Made by a program: the position numbers and the translations under genes
In this document: positions 1 through 17,140 of the stretch, piece by piece
How the letters are laid out: every line of letters starts with the position of its first letter
Numbering within the stretch: position 1 is the first letter of the stretch
Assembly: GCA_009914755.4 (NCBI GenBank)
Contig: CP068257.2
Coordinates: 29,216,001-29,280,000 of the forward strand
Direction of reading: 5' to 3'
Origin: the human T2T-CHM13v2.0 reference genome, Homo sapiens
Length of the DNA stretch: 64,000 nucleotides
The notes under the pieces: model-generated
Database searches by the model: none
Seen by the model: the letters and a program-made list of their open reading frames with translations, nothing else
What the model was told of the DNA's origin: nothing

Positions 1-1375
1 TACTAACTGACTGATGAATTCAAATCCATGTTCCCAACTGGTCACAGGGTAGAAGGAAAAGTACACCATCTGGATTGAGCTGACCTAGGGTCAACGTCCT
101 CCTAATTCGGACACGTGCTAACCAGTTTGTAAACCTCTAATATAGAAATATTATTATTTCAAAAGGACTGTTTGGAGGTTAAATAAGATGATAAGGATGA
201 AATATGTGTCATGAGCATTAAAATGCAATTTCTTCTTGTCAACCACTCATAATTAACACAAATACTCTAACAACTAACAGTGAATTCTAAAACCCAGTGA
301 ATTAAATTCCATTTGCATTATATATTTAACCACTAGGGATAAAAAAAAATGTGTCTTGAAATCTCACATCAAAGAGATATTGTTTAGAAAATGAGATATG
401 GCATAATCTGAAGTGTTGCTTTCTGATACATTTTCATCTTGTTAAATCAGATATGCATTATCCAAAATTAAGAAATTTAAACATTTAAAATCATAAAATA
501 ATACTTTTAAACATTTAAAATTATTTTTCATCAAGAGATGAAAGTTGAATCAATGAGTAAAATTTTAATAATAATATGTATAACAACTAGAAAAAATAAC
601 AAAATCAATGAAATTTTTATTGAGTTAGGTAAGCTTTAATAGTCTGTATAATGTGAGGAGACTAAGAGTAGAAATGATCTTTAAGGGTTTGTTATTTCTC
701 GCTCTTAGGTTTTATTAACAGATTCACAATGGAGAAAATTATACTATGCTTTTGCTAGACAATAGCTGCAGCCACACGGTGAGATCTTGGCATTGCACTT
801 TAAGAGGTAAATTTATAAATGTTGATGTCATGTAGAAGGACAGAGTGCTTGAAAACACATTTATGTACAAAAAGGTTAAAGAAACTTGGGCTTTTGAGCT
901 TAGCTTTTAAAAACACAGAAGAAATAACAATTACTTCCAAATATTTGAATAGCTATTAAAATTACTCACAGACACTAGAATTAGAAATAATTGCAGGCAG
1001 CTACAGGAGACTATATGTCATTCATTTTCTGAGAATAGTGAATACTATTAAAGAGGAGGATGGACAACTATTGAATGTCGTTGAAGAGATTTTAATATTA
1101 AACGGAGTAAGTAAAAAGTTACACTACATCATATACAAGGTCCTTCACAACTCAGATTTTATGATTCTATAACTTTTTTTCTCTTAAGCTCAATGTAAAA
1201 CAAATGCAATATATGCAGCTGAAATCTGGCAACAGTCTTATGTGAACCATGTATGCATTTTTACTAGCGTAGCTCTACAACTTAAGGGTGAAATTGGCTT
1301 TGGAACCAGAAAGAAAAAAATTGACTTCGAAAAAATGTCTTCTCACAAACTTGAAATATGAAAAAGTCATCAGTT

Positions 1376-1392
1376 TCACACACACACACACG

Positions 1393-1446
<54 letters not shown>
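1376..1446. repeat. (CA)n microsatellite interrupted by a short (CG)4 run
   Basis: Direct reading: cacacacacacgcgcgcgcgcacacaca...; about 70 bp of alternating purine-pyrimidine. Confidence 0.9.
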
Positions 1447-2809
1447 ATGTTAAATGTTGTTTCAGGAAATACAGAAAGAGGACCCTTGCTGATGTCCACT
1501 TTGTGGAGTGCCAGGAAACATCCCCATTGCTGACTAAAAATATATGATTCATTTTTATGCCAGTATCATGCTGTTTTGGTTACTATAGTTTTGCAGTATA
1601 ATCTGAAACCTGTTAGTGTGATGCTATCTCCAGCTTTGTTCTTTTTGTTCTGGATTGCTTTAGCTATTTGAGGCCCTTTGTCATTCCATAGGAATTTTAG
1701 AATGGCTTTTTTTTTTCTATTATCCACTGTGCTATGAGAGAGAACAATTATCCCCTAATCCTCCTGTGTCCTTAAAGACAAAACTTTCACTTCTTGGGGT
1801 GGGGAGTGGAGGTATAGGATAACGCTCCACATTCATTCCTTCTTATTATCTGATTTGATGAGAGTGGGAGAAAGAACTAGGCAGGTTAGGTTCAATTTCT
1901 CCTGGGTTCCCTCTGAGAATATGTATATTATTCTCCTTTGCCACGTGGTTTTCTGTCTGCCCTGATGTGGTAACTTGTGGTTTTCTGGTGCTTACCTGTG
2001 GCTGTGCCCTAAGCATTATTTGGGGGTGAGTGAGAAGAAGCATTAGAGTCCAGGTGTGAACAGGCTGCATTTTCTTATTCATTTCTAGGTAACAAAGCTA
2101 AGACAGTTTCAATAGCCATCTGCTGAGAACCTATGCTTATTTTTTGAAACTGGCTCTAACTAATGCATGAGGGAAAGACATATGATGAATTATTTGCTTC
2201 CAAAACATGCACAAGTTTTGCCCAAATGACAGAAACACTTCACGTTGTATGCAAATTCATGCTGGCATTGTCCAAGTGAGCATGTTTATTTGGGCAGAAG
2301 AAACATCCACTAAACACAAAAAAGCAGCAAAGAGGGAATAGACACATAATAAATTTAGAAAGAAACAAAATAAATCCTTATTCAACATATAGCGATTTTT
2401 GTTCTTTCTGGATTATGCGAAGTTATATATAGTAGCTATTGACTACACTAAGGGAGAAGAGTTCACTTTGAATTTACTATAAATAGATGGATGAAATACA
2501 GCTGGTTTTAAAACTTTACTAAAACCTTACCACAAAACAAAATGATTTTCACTGCCAATGAACAGATTCTACAAGAAATGAAAAGAAAATATTGCACTCA
2601 AGAAGAAAAACTAAAACATTTTTAAATAATTTATTATAGAGAAAAGAAAATGTTAAAGAATGTATATGTTGTAACCTCCATAAAATTCAATTAAATAAAA
2701 ACTCTAGGAAATAAAATATAAACATAAGATAAAAAAAGACAAGATGAGATAAATAGGGAAATTTTCTGAGATGCAAGTTGTAGTGAAAATGTTTCAAATA
2801 ATATAGTAA

Positions 2810-3189
<380 letters not shown>

Positions 3190-3511
3190 AGAACTTTTTA
3201 ATACATTGAATAAAGAGTAGAATTAGCATGATAGAAATAAGTCTGTAATATGAAAAGAACGCTTCAGAAATCTCAAAGGTGGAGGTTAAAAAAATGATTT
3301 AAAAAATAAGAGTAGTCAGTTTCTATTTTCACCTGGAGCTAAATGGACCACAATGGAATAGAGATGATACTAAAATAAAACACACTAAATTTTGAAATAC
3401 TGGCTTCAGTATTTTCAAAACTAAAACATTTGCTTATTGCATTAAAAAGTCTAAAACATTGATGGTAGGCTCATGCACCTGTAAGAGTTATGCAAGAATA
3501 TAAATATGTAA

Positions 3512-3984
<473 letters not shown>

Positions 3985-4029
3985 AAATTCTCTTAATTTA
4001 AATCTCTTTATCATTTTCTCTTTCTTATA

Positions 4030-4210
4030 TATGTTTGTATATGTTCTATTATATATATATGCACGTGTGTGTATATATAACAAACAAAAATATTGCATTC
4101 AAGAAGAGAAAGCAAAGCATTTTAATTAAATGATTTATTGTAGAAAATAATAAATATATACATATATGTATATATTTATACACACACAAATAATATATAT
4201 AACCATGTCT
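4030..4210. repeat. Complex TA/TG/CA-rich simple-sequence block
   Basis: tatatatatatgcacgtgtgtgtatatata ... catatatgtatatatttatacacacacaaataatatatata. Confidence 0.8.
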
Positions 4211-4844
4211 GCTTCTCAAAAGGTGTGAGTTAATCACTTCATTTCAAAAAAATGTATACATGTATAAGGCTCCTAAAATACCATTCGAAAACAAGAGCCA
4301 TATGCTGTAGTAGATGATGGCACATCTGGAAACCAACTTAACGGATAACACTGAAGCATAGCGCTGAGCTTCCGGGAAGACTCTTTGTAACTGGACTTAA
4401 GTTTTGGAATCACAGAGGCAAATTCTGAAAAGATGGGTGAAATCCAATCAGATAGCACTTTATGATTTATCAGGTGTGGTTTGGCCAAAAAAGTGGAATA
4501 TGAAAAGAATTCAGAAAGTGTTTGACTTTAAATAAAATAGTTGTATCCAATTAAGCGGTAAAACAAAAGGTTGGAGATTGCAGACCTAATCATATGAAAA
4601 CAAAATTAGCAGTATTAATAAACACTGAATACTATGTTGGTTCCAAAACCCTTTCCATTTGAAGTGAATAGACTTAAAGTCCCCAGTGTCACAGAGACTA
4701 TCAAAGGGTTTGGTGACCTCAGACCTAAAGGATTCAGGTAGTTAGCTGACCTCTTACACTCTGACCCATTGGCCATGAAATTTGTAGTTAAAATTTTGAC
4801 AGGAACAGAACAGAAATCTTCTACATCAAAATCTCCAGTAGGCC

Positions 4845-6097
<1,253 letters not shown>

Positions 6098-7374
6098 ATG
6101 TAAGCCAGTTAAGCTGTTGATTCAAAGAAAAGCATTGATTTCAGATACCTTTTCTTGGGAGTGTCAACCTCAACATTCTGATTTAAAAAAAAAAAAAGAA
6201 TAGAAGTTTAAGTTTGACTAATACTCTGGCCCACATGAACAGACAAGACATGGCCCCACTTGCCTTTCTTGGGCCTCCAGCAGAGGTCATAGCCATTTCC
6301 ATTCCTTACCATGACAGTCTGGGGGCAGGATCCGATATTGTGAGACCCAACCCTGTGCCTAATCAGACCATGGCAAGAGCCCAAAACGGACATACACTCA
6401 CTGGAATTTTTTAAATGTCACAGAGAGCCTGGGTGAGTGACCGTGGTCACAATTAAAAACACTCCTACAAAATTTTAGTCCAAGGCTCCTTATCACATAT
6501 TTCAGATTATATTCATCAAAACTGAGCACACCTAGAAAACAAAATCTACTGAATGAAGCCACTAAAATAAATAAAAATATGTGATCATCTTGTTGACTTT
6601 GGTGACATCATTATACTTATTTAATAAGTAGAACAAAAATAAAGAAGGTAGCATGTTCAGAATTTCCTTCTAGAAAAGTGAACTCAAGAGTCAACGTCAA
6701 CAGAGCTCAGTCTCGAGTAAATAAAATCTGGAATTTTGACAGCTACAGATGGTGACTGTTGTATTGGAAAGACCAAGGCAACAATTTGTCATTAGCTAAG
6801 AAATGATTGTCAGAGCCTAGAAAAACAAAACAATTGTATAAATCTGCATAAATCCATAATCCCTGGATTTTAAAGTGTGTGGCTTTGGTTAATGCTGTAG
6901 GCTCAAGTTCAGCTGAATCTTCAACCTTCAGTAGCTGCTACATCCCCATCCAGTGCCAAATCCCCTTGACTTAGCACTGCTATCATTTCTATTTCCTCTG
7001 GTACCACAGTTTACCTAGCCAAGGTCCCAGCCACTGGAGCTAACGCTGCCAAACCCAAAACTATAGCCCAAGGAAGAAGAGTTGAAAGCCTGCAAAGTCA
7101 AAATGGCCAGGCCTATATGCATCCCCATAGAGAAAACCCAAGCTGAGAGCCAAAGAGAGAATGGTACCATAGAAGCAGTAATAGAAGTTCCCAGAAGATG
7201 GAGTTTGACTCATTGTGTCCAGATTTGTAAATGAGGTTTATTGAGCAAGGAAGTTGCCAGAGCTTGATGCCTCTTCTCACAGGCACTAGAGGATAGGGCT
7301 TCACCAAGAGCCGTTCTTTCTTAACATCCACATCTGTTTATTTGGAAGATTGTCCTGTTAAAAGACAGGCAAAT

Positions 7375-7405
7375 ACATGTATGTATGTATGTATGTATAT
7401 ACAAA
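7375..7405. repeat. (TGTA)n microsatellite
   Basis: catgtatgtatgtatgtatgtatatac. Confidence 0.85.
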
Positions 7406-7446
7406 GTGAGTTTATATGAATACACAGCATGCTAGTGTTCCAATTA

Positions 7447-8025
<579 letters not shown>

Positions 8026-11000
8026 TCATTAACTTCTATTAGCATTTATATAATATGTTTGGCATATATCTCCCTGTACTTAAGGCTTCTCCTATAACTA
8101 ATGGTTTCAAATTAACATCTGACTGCAACATTTGGCAAAATGACTCCCGACTGCATATGTTTTTTGTCTATAAAGGTCAGATACCACAACACATTGCACA
8201 AGGAATAAACAATATATCAAGGTGATTGAGAGTCTGAGCTCTGAAACCAGGCTGCCTGGGTTGAATCTAACTCTCTCAACTACTTTGTCGGTGGGTTTGA
8301 GAAAATTTATCCTCTTTGCAACTTTTTAATTTGCATAATAGTAATAATAATAGTGCTACTTCCTAAGGTAGGATTGTTGTGAGGATTATATTTATTAATT
8401 CATAAAAGCTCTTAGAACTGTGCCAGCTCATGGTAAATTTTAAGTATGACTTCAAAAGTTGGAAGTTTATTTTCTTTTATACAGAGGTAGGCAAGGTGGG
8501 TAGACAGTTCTACCATCTCAGTACATAGATTCCATGTGGAGGTCTGAGTCAGCTGCTCCTAAATTTTGCCACATTATAACAGACAAGAAAGTTGCCAAGA
8601 GGAATACACAACCAGCTCTTTTAAGAATTAAAGCAGGGTGGGAGGAGGGTGCGGATTGAAGATCAACCCATCGTGTACTATGCTGAGGGACTAGATCGTG
8701 AGACTTCTCAGCCTACATAATTACAAGAGCCAATCCCTCATAATAAATCTCTTTTTGTATATCTATACTATATCTATGTTTATATCATAATGGTCTGTTT
8801 CTCTGAAGAATGCTGACTATATAGAAACTGGTGCTGAGAAATCGGTGTTGCTATAACAAATACCTAAAAATGTGGAAGCAGCTTTAGAACTCAGTAAGGG
8901 ATAAAGGCTGGAAGAGTTCTGAGGTCCATTCTAGACAAAGTCTACATTGCTGTTGTGAGTGGACAAAATACAAACTGCTCTCACACACAACAATCAATAC
9001 ATAAGACTTCTATCACCAAATGTGTGGAGACCTCCCCCAACTAATAAGAAAGCAATCAGTTCTTCAGTGGACACCAGCTGAGTATCCTCCAATTCAGTTC
9101 TGATATTGTCTACCTAGAGATAGCATCAGATCCTGCAGGTTAAGGGCTCAGTCCCACAAGGCCATCTCCTACTTCCAACGCCAATTGCAAGCTCCAGGTT
9201 ATCTTCCCTGTGGTTCTGACCAACCAGCGATACCTTGGGGTTCCCATGATTCCCTCCTTGGGTTTAATTAATATGCTAAGGCAGCTCACAGAACTCATAG
9301 AAACACTTATGTTTACTGATTTACTACAAAGGATACAGATGAAGCGATGCATAGGGAAAGTTATAGGGGAAGGAGTGCATCGTTTTTATCCCCTCCCCAG
9401 GCACTCTACCCTCCAGGAAGCTTCAGATGTTCAGCTATTCAGAAGCTCTCCATACAGCCTTCTTTACAACCTCTTGGGCCTTTCATGAAAACTTCATTGG
9501 CTAGGCATAATTGAAGCATGGACGACCATGTAGAAATGTGACTGGACTAAAAAGCTATAACCTAGTACTAATAGACTGAGTAGGGAAATCCAGCAAGGCC
9601 TGCCTGCTCATATTTTCATTGGCTTTTCCTCTTTGTGCAGCATTCCTTCCCGCAGGGTATGAGCCCAAGCACCTCCTGAAATTAGGGTCTTATGACCTAC
9701 AATCAGACAAGGTAGGTCAGAGAATTTCTTTATAACCAGTTCCAAGATAGAAAAGTGGGGAAAGATTAGAGTATATTTTTAGTTTTATGGCCTGCCTTGG
9801 GGAAAAATAATAAGAGCTATTGGAGTTATGAGCCAGGAACCATGAACAAAAACTATGTCTATATAAAATCACAGCTGTGAATAGACCTATAAAGCAATTA
9901 TGGTGAGGACTTGGGAATAAAAGAGGAGACTTCAGTCTTCTTAGGTGATGTACAAATAATCCTGAAGAGAATGTTGGTAGAAATATGGATGGTAAAGGCT
10001 ATTTGAAGGAGATCTCAGATGAAAATGAGCACACGTTATTGGACAATGTAGAAATGGTGATCCTTCTTATAAAATGCCAAAGAATTTGCCTGAATTTGTC
10101 CATGTTCTAGTGTTTTGTGAAAGGCAGAACATGTGAGCAATTAGTTGAATATTTAGTTGATGCTATTTCTAAACAAATTGTTAAAAGCACAGCTTGACTT
10201 CTGACTTCCTATAGTAAAATATGGGAAGAGAGAAATTTCCTAAAGATGTCATTGTTAAGCAAAAAGGAAGCAGGTCTTAAAGATTTGAAAACTCTCAGCC
10301 TATCCATATTGCAAAAAAAAATGAGAAAGTGTATTCAAGAGAGAACACTAAGGGTGTGGCCAAGAGTCCCTTTGATAAGGAGATTAATATGGGTGTAAAA
10401 CATGAACTTAATAAGCCATTACAGCTGGATGCCAGCTTGAACAGAAGGGGAAGAAGATGGAAAGAAATAAAAGAAGGCTCTCAGACTTCTTGGATTTTAT
10501 AGGACAGAACTGTAGAGTCATTCAGCTGAGAATGTGCACTATTCTTTAAGAAAAGGGGAGCATGACCCCAAAGATGATTCAGGATCATCAGGGCTGCCTT
10601 TTCATTTTCAAAATGGGGGACCATTACCTTGTTTTCAACAGGCCAGACAGCCTCTGCCTGCAGCCAGGGGGATAGGGTCACCCAAAGCCATTTGGGAGAG
10701 GCCAACCAGACCTGTGGGCATGGGACCTCCCAGTAGAGCCCTAGGGCTGCAAACCCTGCCAGGTAGAGCTGGAGGTAAGGGGTCAGGACTTCCACCACAA
10801 TGGGTCTAGAAGATGGAACCACTGCCTCAGTAGGTCTAGAAGGCAGCACTCTTCCCCAGTGGGCCTGGAGCACAGAGCATCAAGCCGAAGAGGATTATTC
10901 TCAAGCCCTGAGATCTTGTGCCATTTTCCTTGTAGTTTGGACTTACACAGGACCTTTTACCCCTTTTGACTTTTTCTGTTTCTTCTTTCTGGAATGGAAA

Positions 11001-11289
11001 TGTCTGTCCTATACCTATCTCACCACTATATTTTGGAAGCACACACCTTATTTAGTTTCACAGGCTCACACCTGGAGAACAATTTGTGCCACAATGAATC
11101 ACACCTTGAGTCTTACCCATATCTGATTTAGATGATGTTTAGATGAGCTGTTGGCTTTTAGACTTTGGAGTTGATGCTGGACCAAGTTAAGACTTTTGAG
11201 GACTGTTAGGATGGAATTAATTTATTTTGCATGCAAGAAAGACCTGAATTTGGGGGAAGGGGGAGGGTTAGCATACTAGACTAAATCTT

Positions 11290-11640
11290 TGTGTCTCTCC
11301 AAAATTCATATGCTGAAATCCTAACCTCCAATGTGATGGTATTAGGAGGTGGGGTATTTGAGAGGTGATTAGGTCATGAAGGTGAAGCTCCCATGAATGA
11401 GATTAGTGCCCTCATAAAAAAAGACTCCAGAAAGCTTCCTTGCCATTTTCCACCATGTGAGGATAACGTGAGATGCACCATCTATGATGAGGAAGCAGTC
11501 CCTCACCAGACACCAAATCTGCTGGTGCCTTGATCTTGGAACTCTCATCCTACAGAAGTATGAGTAATAAATTTCTGTTGTTTATAAGACACTTAGTCTG
11601 TGATATTGTTATAGCATCCCAAAAGGACTAAAACAATCTC
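11290..11640 (-). mobile_element. MaLR-family LTR, MLT1-like (minus orientation)
   Basis: catatgctgaaatcctaacctccaatgtgatggtattaggaggtggggtatttgagaggtgattaggtcatgaaggtg...ccaccatgtgaggat...agtaataaatttctgttgtttataagacacttagtctgtgatattgttatagca. This is the reverse complement of the tgctgtaacaaa...ttctggaggctg...ccaacatatgaatttggggg LTR consensus as I remember it; the family name is from memory. Confidence 0.6.
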
Positions 11641-12070
11641 TCAGAAAGGTTTAAAAACATTCCATCCATGAAATAAGAGGAGGATGTTATTAAAAGGGGA
11701 AAGCCATAAAATAAAATTTTAAAACTCTTAAAAATAAATGATTGTTGAAATTCAAAACTTCAGCAACACATTGAAAAGATAAAGTCAGATGATTTTTCCA
11801 CATATTACAACAAAAATATAAAGGAATAGAAAATGTAAAAAAATGATAAAACATTAGGATCGTTCTGAGAGATCCAAAATATAACCAATAAATTTTTGAA
11901 AACAGGTGATGATCAGATGCATCTTATCAAAGAAATAATAGAAGAGAATTTTCTATAAATGAATGGACGAAAATCAGGAAAGAATGTTCCATAATATTCT
12001 GATTAAAATGATCCATTGAGTATCTAAAACGGTGACTAAAGAGAGATTTATATCTACTGTTTCAGTTGTC

Positions 12071-12660
12071 TACTGCTGTATAACAAATCACCCAATAGTC
12101 AGTGGCATAAAACTACAACTACTTTATTATAATCATGGATTTTGTGGATGAGGAATTCATATAGAAGACAGTGAGGATGGCTTTACTCTTTTCCATGATG
12201 TTTTGGTTCTAAACTGGGAAGACTTGAATGGCTGGGAGTGATCCAAACAGCTAGAGAGTAGAATCCTCTTGAGGCTTCTCCACTCATGTTTCTGGTACTT
12301 GGGCTGGGCTGATCTTAAAGACTAAGTTCGGCCCAAGGCTGTCAACCTGATCACCTACACATGACTTCTATACAGGGCCATGGCTTTTTACAACAAGGCA
12401 GCTAGGCTCTGAGAACAACATGGAGCTTCCAGAGAGCTAGAGTTCCACAAGAACCAGGTGGAAGGGGCAAGGTCTTTCATGACTTAACCTCGGAAGTCAC
12501 CTAGTGTCATCTTCTATAAACTTTATTTGTTGAGGCAGTCTTTGACTTTATTTGTGACAAGCAGTGACAAGTCCAAATTCAATAGGAGAGAATATAAACT
12601 CCACCTCTCAATAAGAGAAGTATCAAAGAACTTAGAGGTCATGTTTTAAAATTGCAACTC
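12071..12660 (+). mobile_element. MaLR-type LTR (MLT/MST-like), approximate extent
   Basis: Starts tactgctgtataacaaatcacccaatagtcagtggcataaaactacaactactttattat... with internal ...ctgggctgggctgatcttaaagactaag... The same start motif recurs at 39905. Confidence 0.45.
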
Positions 12661-13032
12661 TTACATACATCACTATGAAATTTCATAATGCCAAGGATAA
12701 AAAGAAGATCCAATACTTCCAGGAAAGAAGGGGAAAATGATCACAAAGGAAAGACAGTCTGCTATTGCAATCGACTAATATTGCATTAAATAAACAAACA
12801 GCTAAAGACAGAGAAGGAAAACTGTCTATATAGTGGTAGAAAATTATTTTCAACCTCATATTCTATATCTAGTCCATCATTCAAGTTTGAGAAATAATAA
12901 GACATTCTCAGATGCATCCACCCGAATTCAGAAAACTTACAGTCTACACATCCTTAGGAATTACCATAAGAATTGCTCCAAGAAAACAAAGGATTTAAAC
13001 AAAGCCTGGAAGACACAGTGTCTAAGTTCATT

Positions 13033-13315
13033 TTATGTTGCTGTAAGAGAATACCATAGACTGGGAAATTTATCAAGAAAAGAGATGTATTTGGCTCATG
13101 GTTCTGGAGGCTGTGAAGTCCATGATTGAAGGGTCACATCTGGGAAGTGACTTCGTGCTGCCTCAGACACGGCAAAAGGTATCACATGGCAAAAGAGGAC
13201 AAGACAGGCTGAAAGTTCATGAGATAAAGAGAGAAAATGAGAGCTGAACTTCTTCTTTTATCAGGAGCCCATGCCAGTGATAACTAAATGCGGCCCAAGA
13301 CAAATTCATAAACTT
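13033..13315 (+). mobile_element. MLT1-like MaLR LTR, 5' half
   Basis: ttatgttgctgtaagagaataccatagactgggaaatttat...tggctcatggttctggaggctgtgaagtccatgattgaagggtcacatctgg matches the remembered MLT1 start tgctgtaacaaataccacagactgggtggcttaaacaacagaaatttatt...ttctggaggctggaagtccaagatcaaggtg. Confidence 0.55.
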
Positions 13316-14282
13316 TCTTAAAACATTATGAGATTTCTTTTGCAACTTTTTTTTAACTCATCAACTATCATTAGTATTAGTGTGTTTTCTGTGTGGCCCA
13401 AGAAAATTTTTCTTCTTTCAGCGTGGCCCAGGGAAGCGAAAAGATTGAACATCCCTGTCCTAAACCTTTTCTAATAATATTACCACTTTGAAAACAGCAC
13501 AGAGAAACAGATTTGAGCTTCACACTCCGATCTCTTTGTTGAGTCAACTTGCAATACAAAGCTTTTTTTTTCTTCCAAAATTCCAGTGTCATAGTATTGG
13601 CTTCTAGTGCATTGGACAGTGAGCTCCTTTTGTTCTGCAATAGAGCCTGGAAAGAATGTAGCCTTGCCAGTGGGCACCATTACCCCTGTTCCACGTAACA
13701 ATCACTACAATAAACAATGGCCTGCATGATGTAACTTGGCTTTTAAAAAAGAATAAGATGATGTCTTTATTTTATAAAACTAAATGCATGACATATAAAT
13801 ACAGACAGATGTTTTTCTTTTTCTCTTCCAGAGCACATAGGGTCACACACCTGTGGGAAGATGAAGTTAAGCAGGAGTAGGAGGAGTTTACAGTAGGAGT
13901 TTACAATAGTATTTTGGCCAGAGCTGTAGTGCCATTGGTAAGAACAGTCACAGAAACACCAGGAAACATGAAGGACATGCACATCATCCCCCATGACTTC
14001 TCCTTCAGAAGGTTCCAGACACTTCTTATCTTCAAAGGAGCTTATTTTACTCTTTGTGTCAACAAAGACCACAACTAGCTTATTAAAAACTTTCTCTTAT
14101 GAGGCTTAAAGTTCTTTTCTAACCAAAATGTTCATTTGAGTATCTCAAATGCTTGTTCTTATTTTTAGTATTTGAGGATTCCATGAGGAAAGTGAGATTT
14201 TTTTCCGGCGCTTATTCCTTAAATGCTTTTCATCTTTGCTGGTATTTCCTCCTAACCTTCACCTTTCCAGAGAGAAAATCCG

Positions 14283-14332
14283 TAATGCTTTTTCTTCTTC
14301 TCCTTCTTCTTCTTCTCCTTCTTCTTCTTCAG
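14283..14332. repeat. (CTT)n / (TTC)n microsatellite with CTC interruptions
   Basis: tttcttcttctccttcttcttcttctccttcttcttcttc. The poly-Leu ORF 14153..14404 is an artefact of this run. Confidence 0.85.
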
Positions 14333-15759
14333 AAGCTAGCTTTCTCCTTGAATAATTTAGTTACACTTCATGTTTACCTCCTCTTACATCTTAAAATGCA
14401 ATGATATCTGTAAATAATGGTTCAAAAAAGAAAGAAACAAACAAAGTCAAACTAACACAATGTCTTATTCTTGAGGCATGTGAATAAATACTCCAGTTAG
14501 GGATTTGAGGTGGCTTTAGCGTAGCTGACAGAGGAAAAGATTCACTTAGGCCACACCTCCTTAACCTGTCCCTAGGCCTCCCTTCTCTAATCTCACACTC
14601 CTCACTAAGATCAGGATAAAACCTGAAATATCAATATGAGGACCATACTATTGAATGGCTAGAAACTGTTCTTCATCTCTCCACCTCTGGCGTTCACTAT
14701 GTTTCAGCAGAAAAAAAAAAATAAAGGTCAAAAGGACTGTTAGGTAGAATTGAATAGAAGAGAAATTTATTGAATCAGAATAAAATAAGGGTGGATTTTA
14801 AAGTGAAAATTTACATTTTATGATGAATACTTGAAAGTATTGTGTTAATAGAAATATATTAGGTTAGTAAATTCAGAAGGTTTTCCATCTTTTTAGGAAT
14901 AGTAAATGACACAAGATGAAGGAGCTGCTGTTTTCATTCTTGTGAATGAAGAAAATGTTAACTTTTGATGAAGTGGAGCAAAGGCAACATCCCATATTAA
15001 AGTTACTACAATAAGAAAATTTTGTGGTTAATTAAGCACATTGCCTTGCTACCTCTACATTGGGAAAGAGACTGAAAAAAAAAGTTGGGAAAAGTTTCTG
15101 AAGTAAGATCAGAACTGTGGATTGTGAATTTAAAAGACTGAACTGAATGGATTGTAAATTAAAAAGACTGAACTGAACCAGCCAGATCTAGAATTTTGGA
15201 GTAGCCTCTGTAAATAAATAAAATAATCATTAACACACACAGACCCTTTATTCAACCTGGTATCATTTTTTGCATGGAAAATAAACCCAGACTAGACATG
15301 AATTCATTCTCTCAGAGCTTTATAAATTGACTTGGGCTGTGAATGACGTGGTTGCTTGTTACCATAATTGTACTTAGTGTCCCTTAATGCCACCAGAGAG
15401 GAACAAGTTCACTGAGGGATCAGCACAGATGGAAGAAGAAGTTCTAACTGTCATTGAAACGTGTCTGAGCTCACAATGTGTATCACATTAATAGCTAGTG
15501 TGCTGAGCTAATACAATCTTGTACTATCCCAATAGAAATTCAATGTCAAGTTTTAGCTTTTCATCTGTACTGAGACCAGAGATAATCCTATGAGTGTTGC
15601 AGTATTATTTTTTTTCTAATGATTAGGTTGCTAAGCCATTATGATTTTAAATGGATTCTATTTTTCAATTAAATATAGTTGTATTTTGCCAATTACATTT
15701 TTAAAAAAAGAAAATTTCTTCTCAGTTTCTGAAGTTGTAAAAAAGTAGTTGAATAATAA

Positions 15760-16137
<378 letters not shown>

Positions 16138-16321
16138 TAATTATGGTTGAAATAACAATTAAAAGAACCAAATGCTAAACTTTTCCTAGGTGGTCCTTGC
16201 AATTTGCTTATTTAATTGGTTTGTTATAAGTACTGTCCTCTCAGTGGTTCCAAGGTTGTACATGATGTTTAACCTTGGATGTAATGCTTTCCAAACAAAT
16301 CAGACTAGAATGATCAAGGGA

Positions 16322-16760
16322 GATGGAGTGGGTTATAGCAGCCCCAGCAATACGTATCCAAATCCTAACCCCTGTACTCATGAATATGGCCTTTTTGGAA
16401 ATAGGGTCTTTGCAGGTGTCGCTAAGGATATTGAGATGATATCATCCTGGATTTAGAATCAGCCCTAAATTCGATGATGTGTATCTTTATAAAGACAGAA
16501 AAAGAAGAGACAAAGAGATACAAGACAAGGCCATGTGAAGACAGAGGTAGAGATTGGAGTGATGCTGCCACAAGGCAGATACCACCTAAAGCCCCCAGAA
16601 GATGAAAGAGGCATGGAAAGATTCTCCCCTACATCATTCTAAGGTAGTGTGGCCCTGTCTACACTTTGATTTCAGAATTCTGGCCCCACAACTTCGAGAG
16701 AATAAATTTTGTTGTTTTAAGCCATGCAGTCAGTAGTGGTTTATTACAGCAGACCTAGGA
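16322..16760 (-). mobile_element. MLT1-like MaLR LTR (minus orientation)
   Basis: gttatagcagccccagcaatacgtatccaaatcctaacccctgtactcatgaatatggcctttttggaaatagggtctttgcaggtg...ccatgtgaagacagagg...ttctggccccacaacttcgagagaataaattttgttgttttaagccatgcagtcagtagtggtttattacagca. Confidence 0.6.
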
Positions 16761-16985
16761 CACTGATACAGAAGGCATCATGGAAATACAGCATCTCAAT
16801 GCCACTTTGAAGAATGGGAGGAAACTCAGCAGGAAAGGGAATAAGAAAATATGTTTAGGTATGAAAATCCAGGACATTCATAGATAAACTCTGATTTTGA
16901 ATGAATTGTTCTGTTCCTACAAACAAATGGTCATATATAGATTGGAAAAGTAATTGTGGCCTGGTAGGGCATTGATTGTCAGCCA

Positions 16986-17140
16986 TATATATATATACAC
17001 ATATATATATACACACACATATATACACACATATATATACACACATATATATACATATATATACATATATATACATATATATACATATATATACATATAT
17101 ATACATATATACACACACATACACACACACAATACTTTAT
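16986..17140. repeat. Complex (TATATACA)n / (CA)n simple repeat
   Basis: atatatatatacacatatatatatacacacacatatatacacacatatatatacacacatatatatacatatatatacatatat... The ORFs 16855..17179 on the minus strand and 16954..17235 on the plus strand are artefacts. Confidence 0.9.

Noticed and set aside
6098-6197. Possible L1 3' transduction: about 85 bp of unique sequence between the L1 poly-A (6091-6097) and a second A(13) run at 6184-6196
   Set aside because: A candidate TSD (aaaatgtaa) lies immediately after the first poly-A and matches the 5' junction at 4847-4855, so the insertion most simply ends at about 6097. The second A-run is probably an unrelated genomic A-tract. I could not find a convincing TSD after the second A-run.
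10481-11126. Cluster of 90-130-aa ORFs on both strands in a relatively GC-rich stretch
   Set aside because: No recognisable protein similarity, no promoter or poly-A architecture, and the segment sits between an unannotated repeat-like region and an MLT1-like LTR (11290-11640). This is consistent with non-coding sequence of slightly elevated GC.
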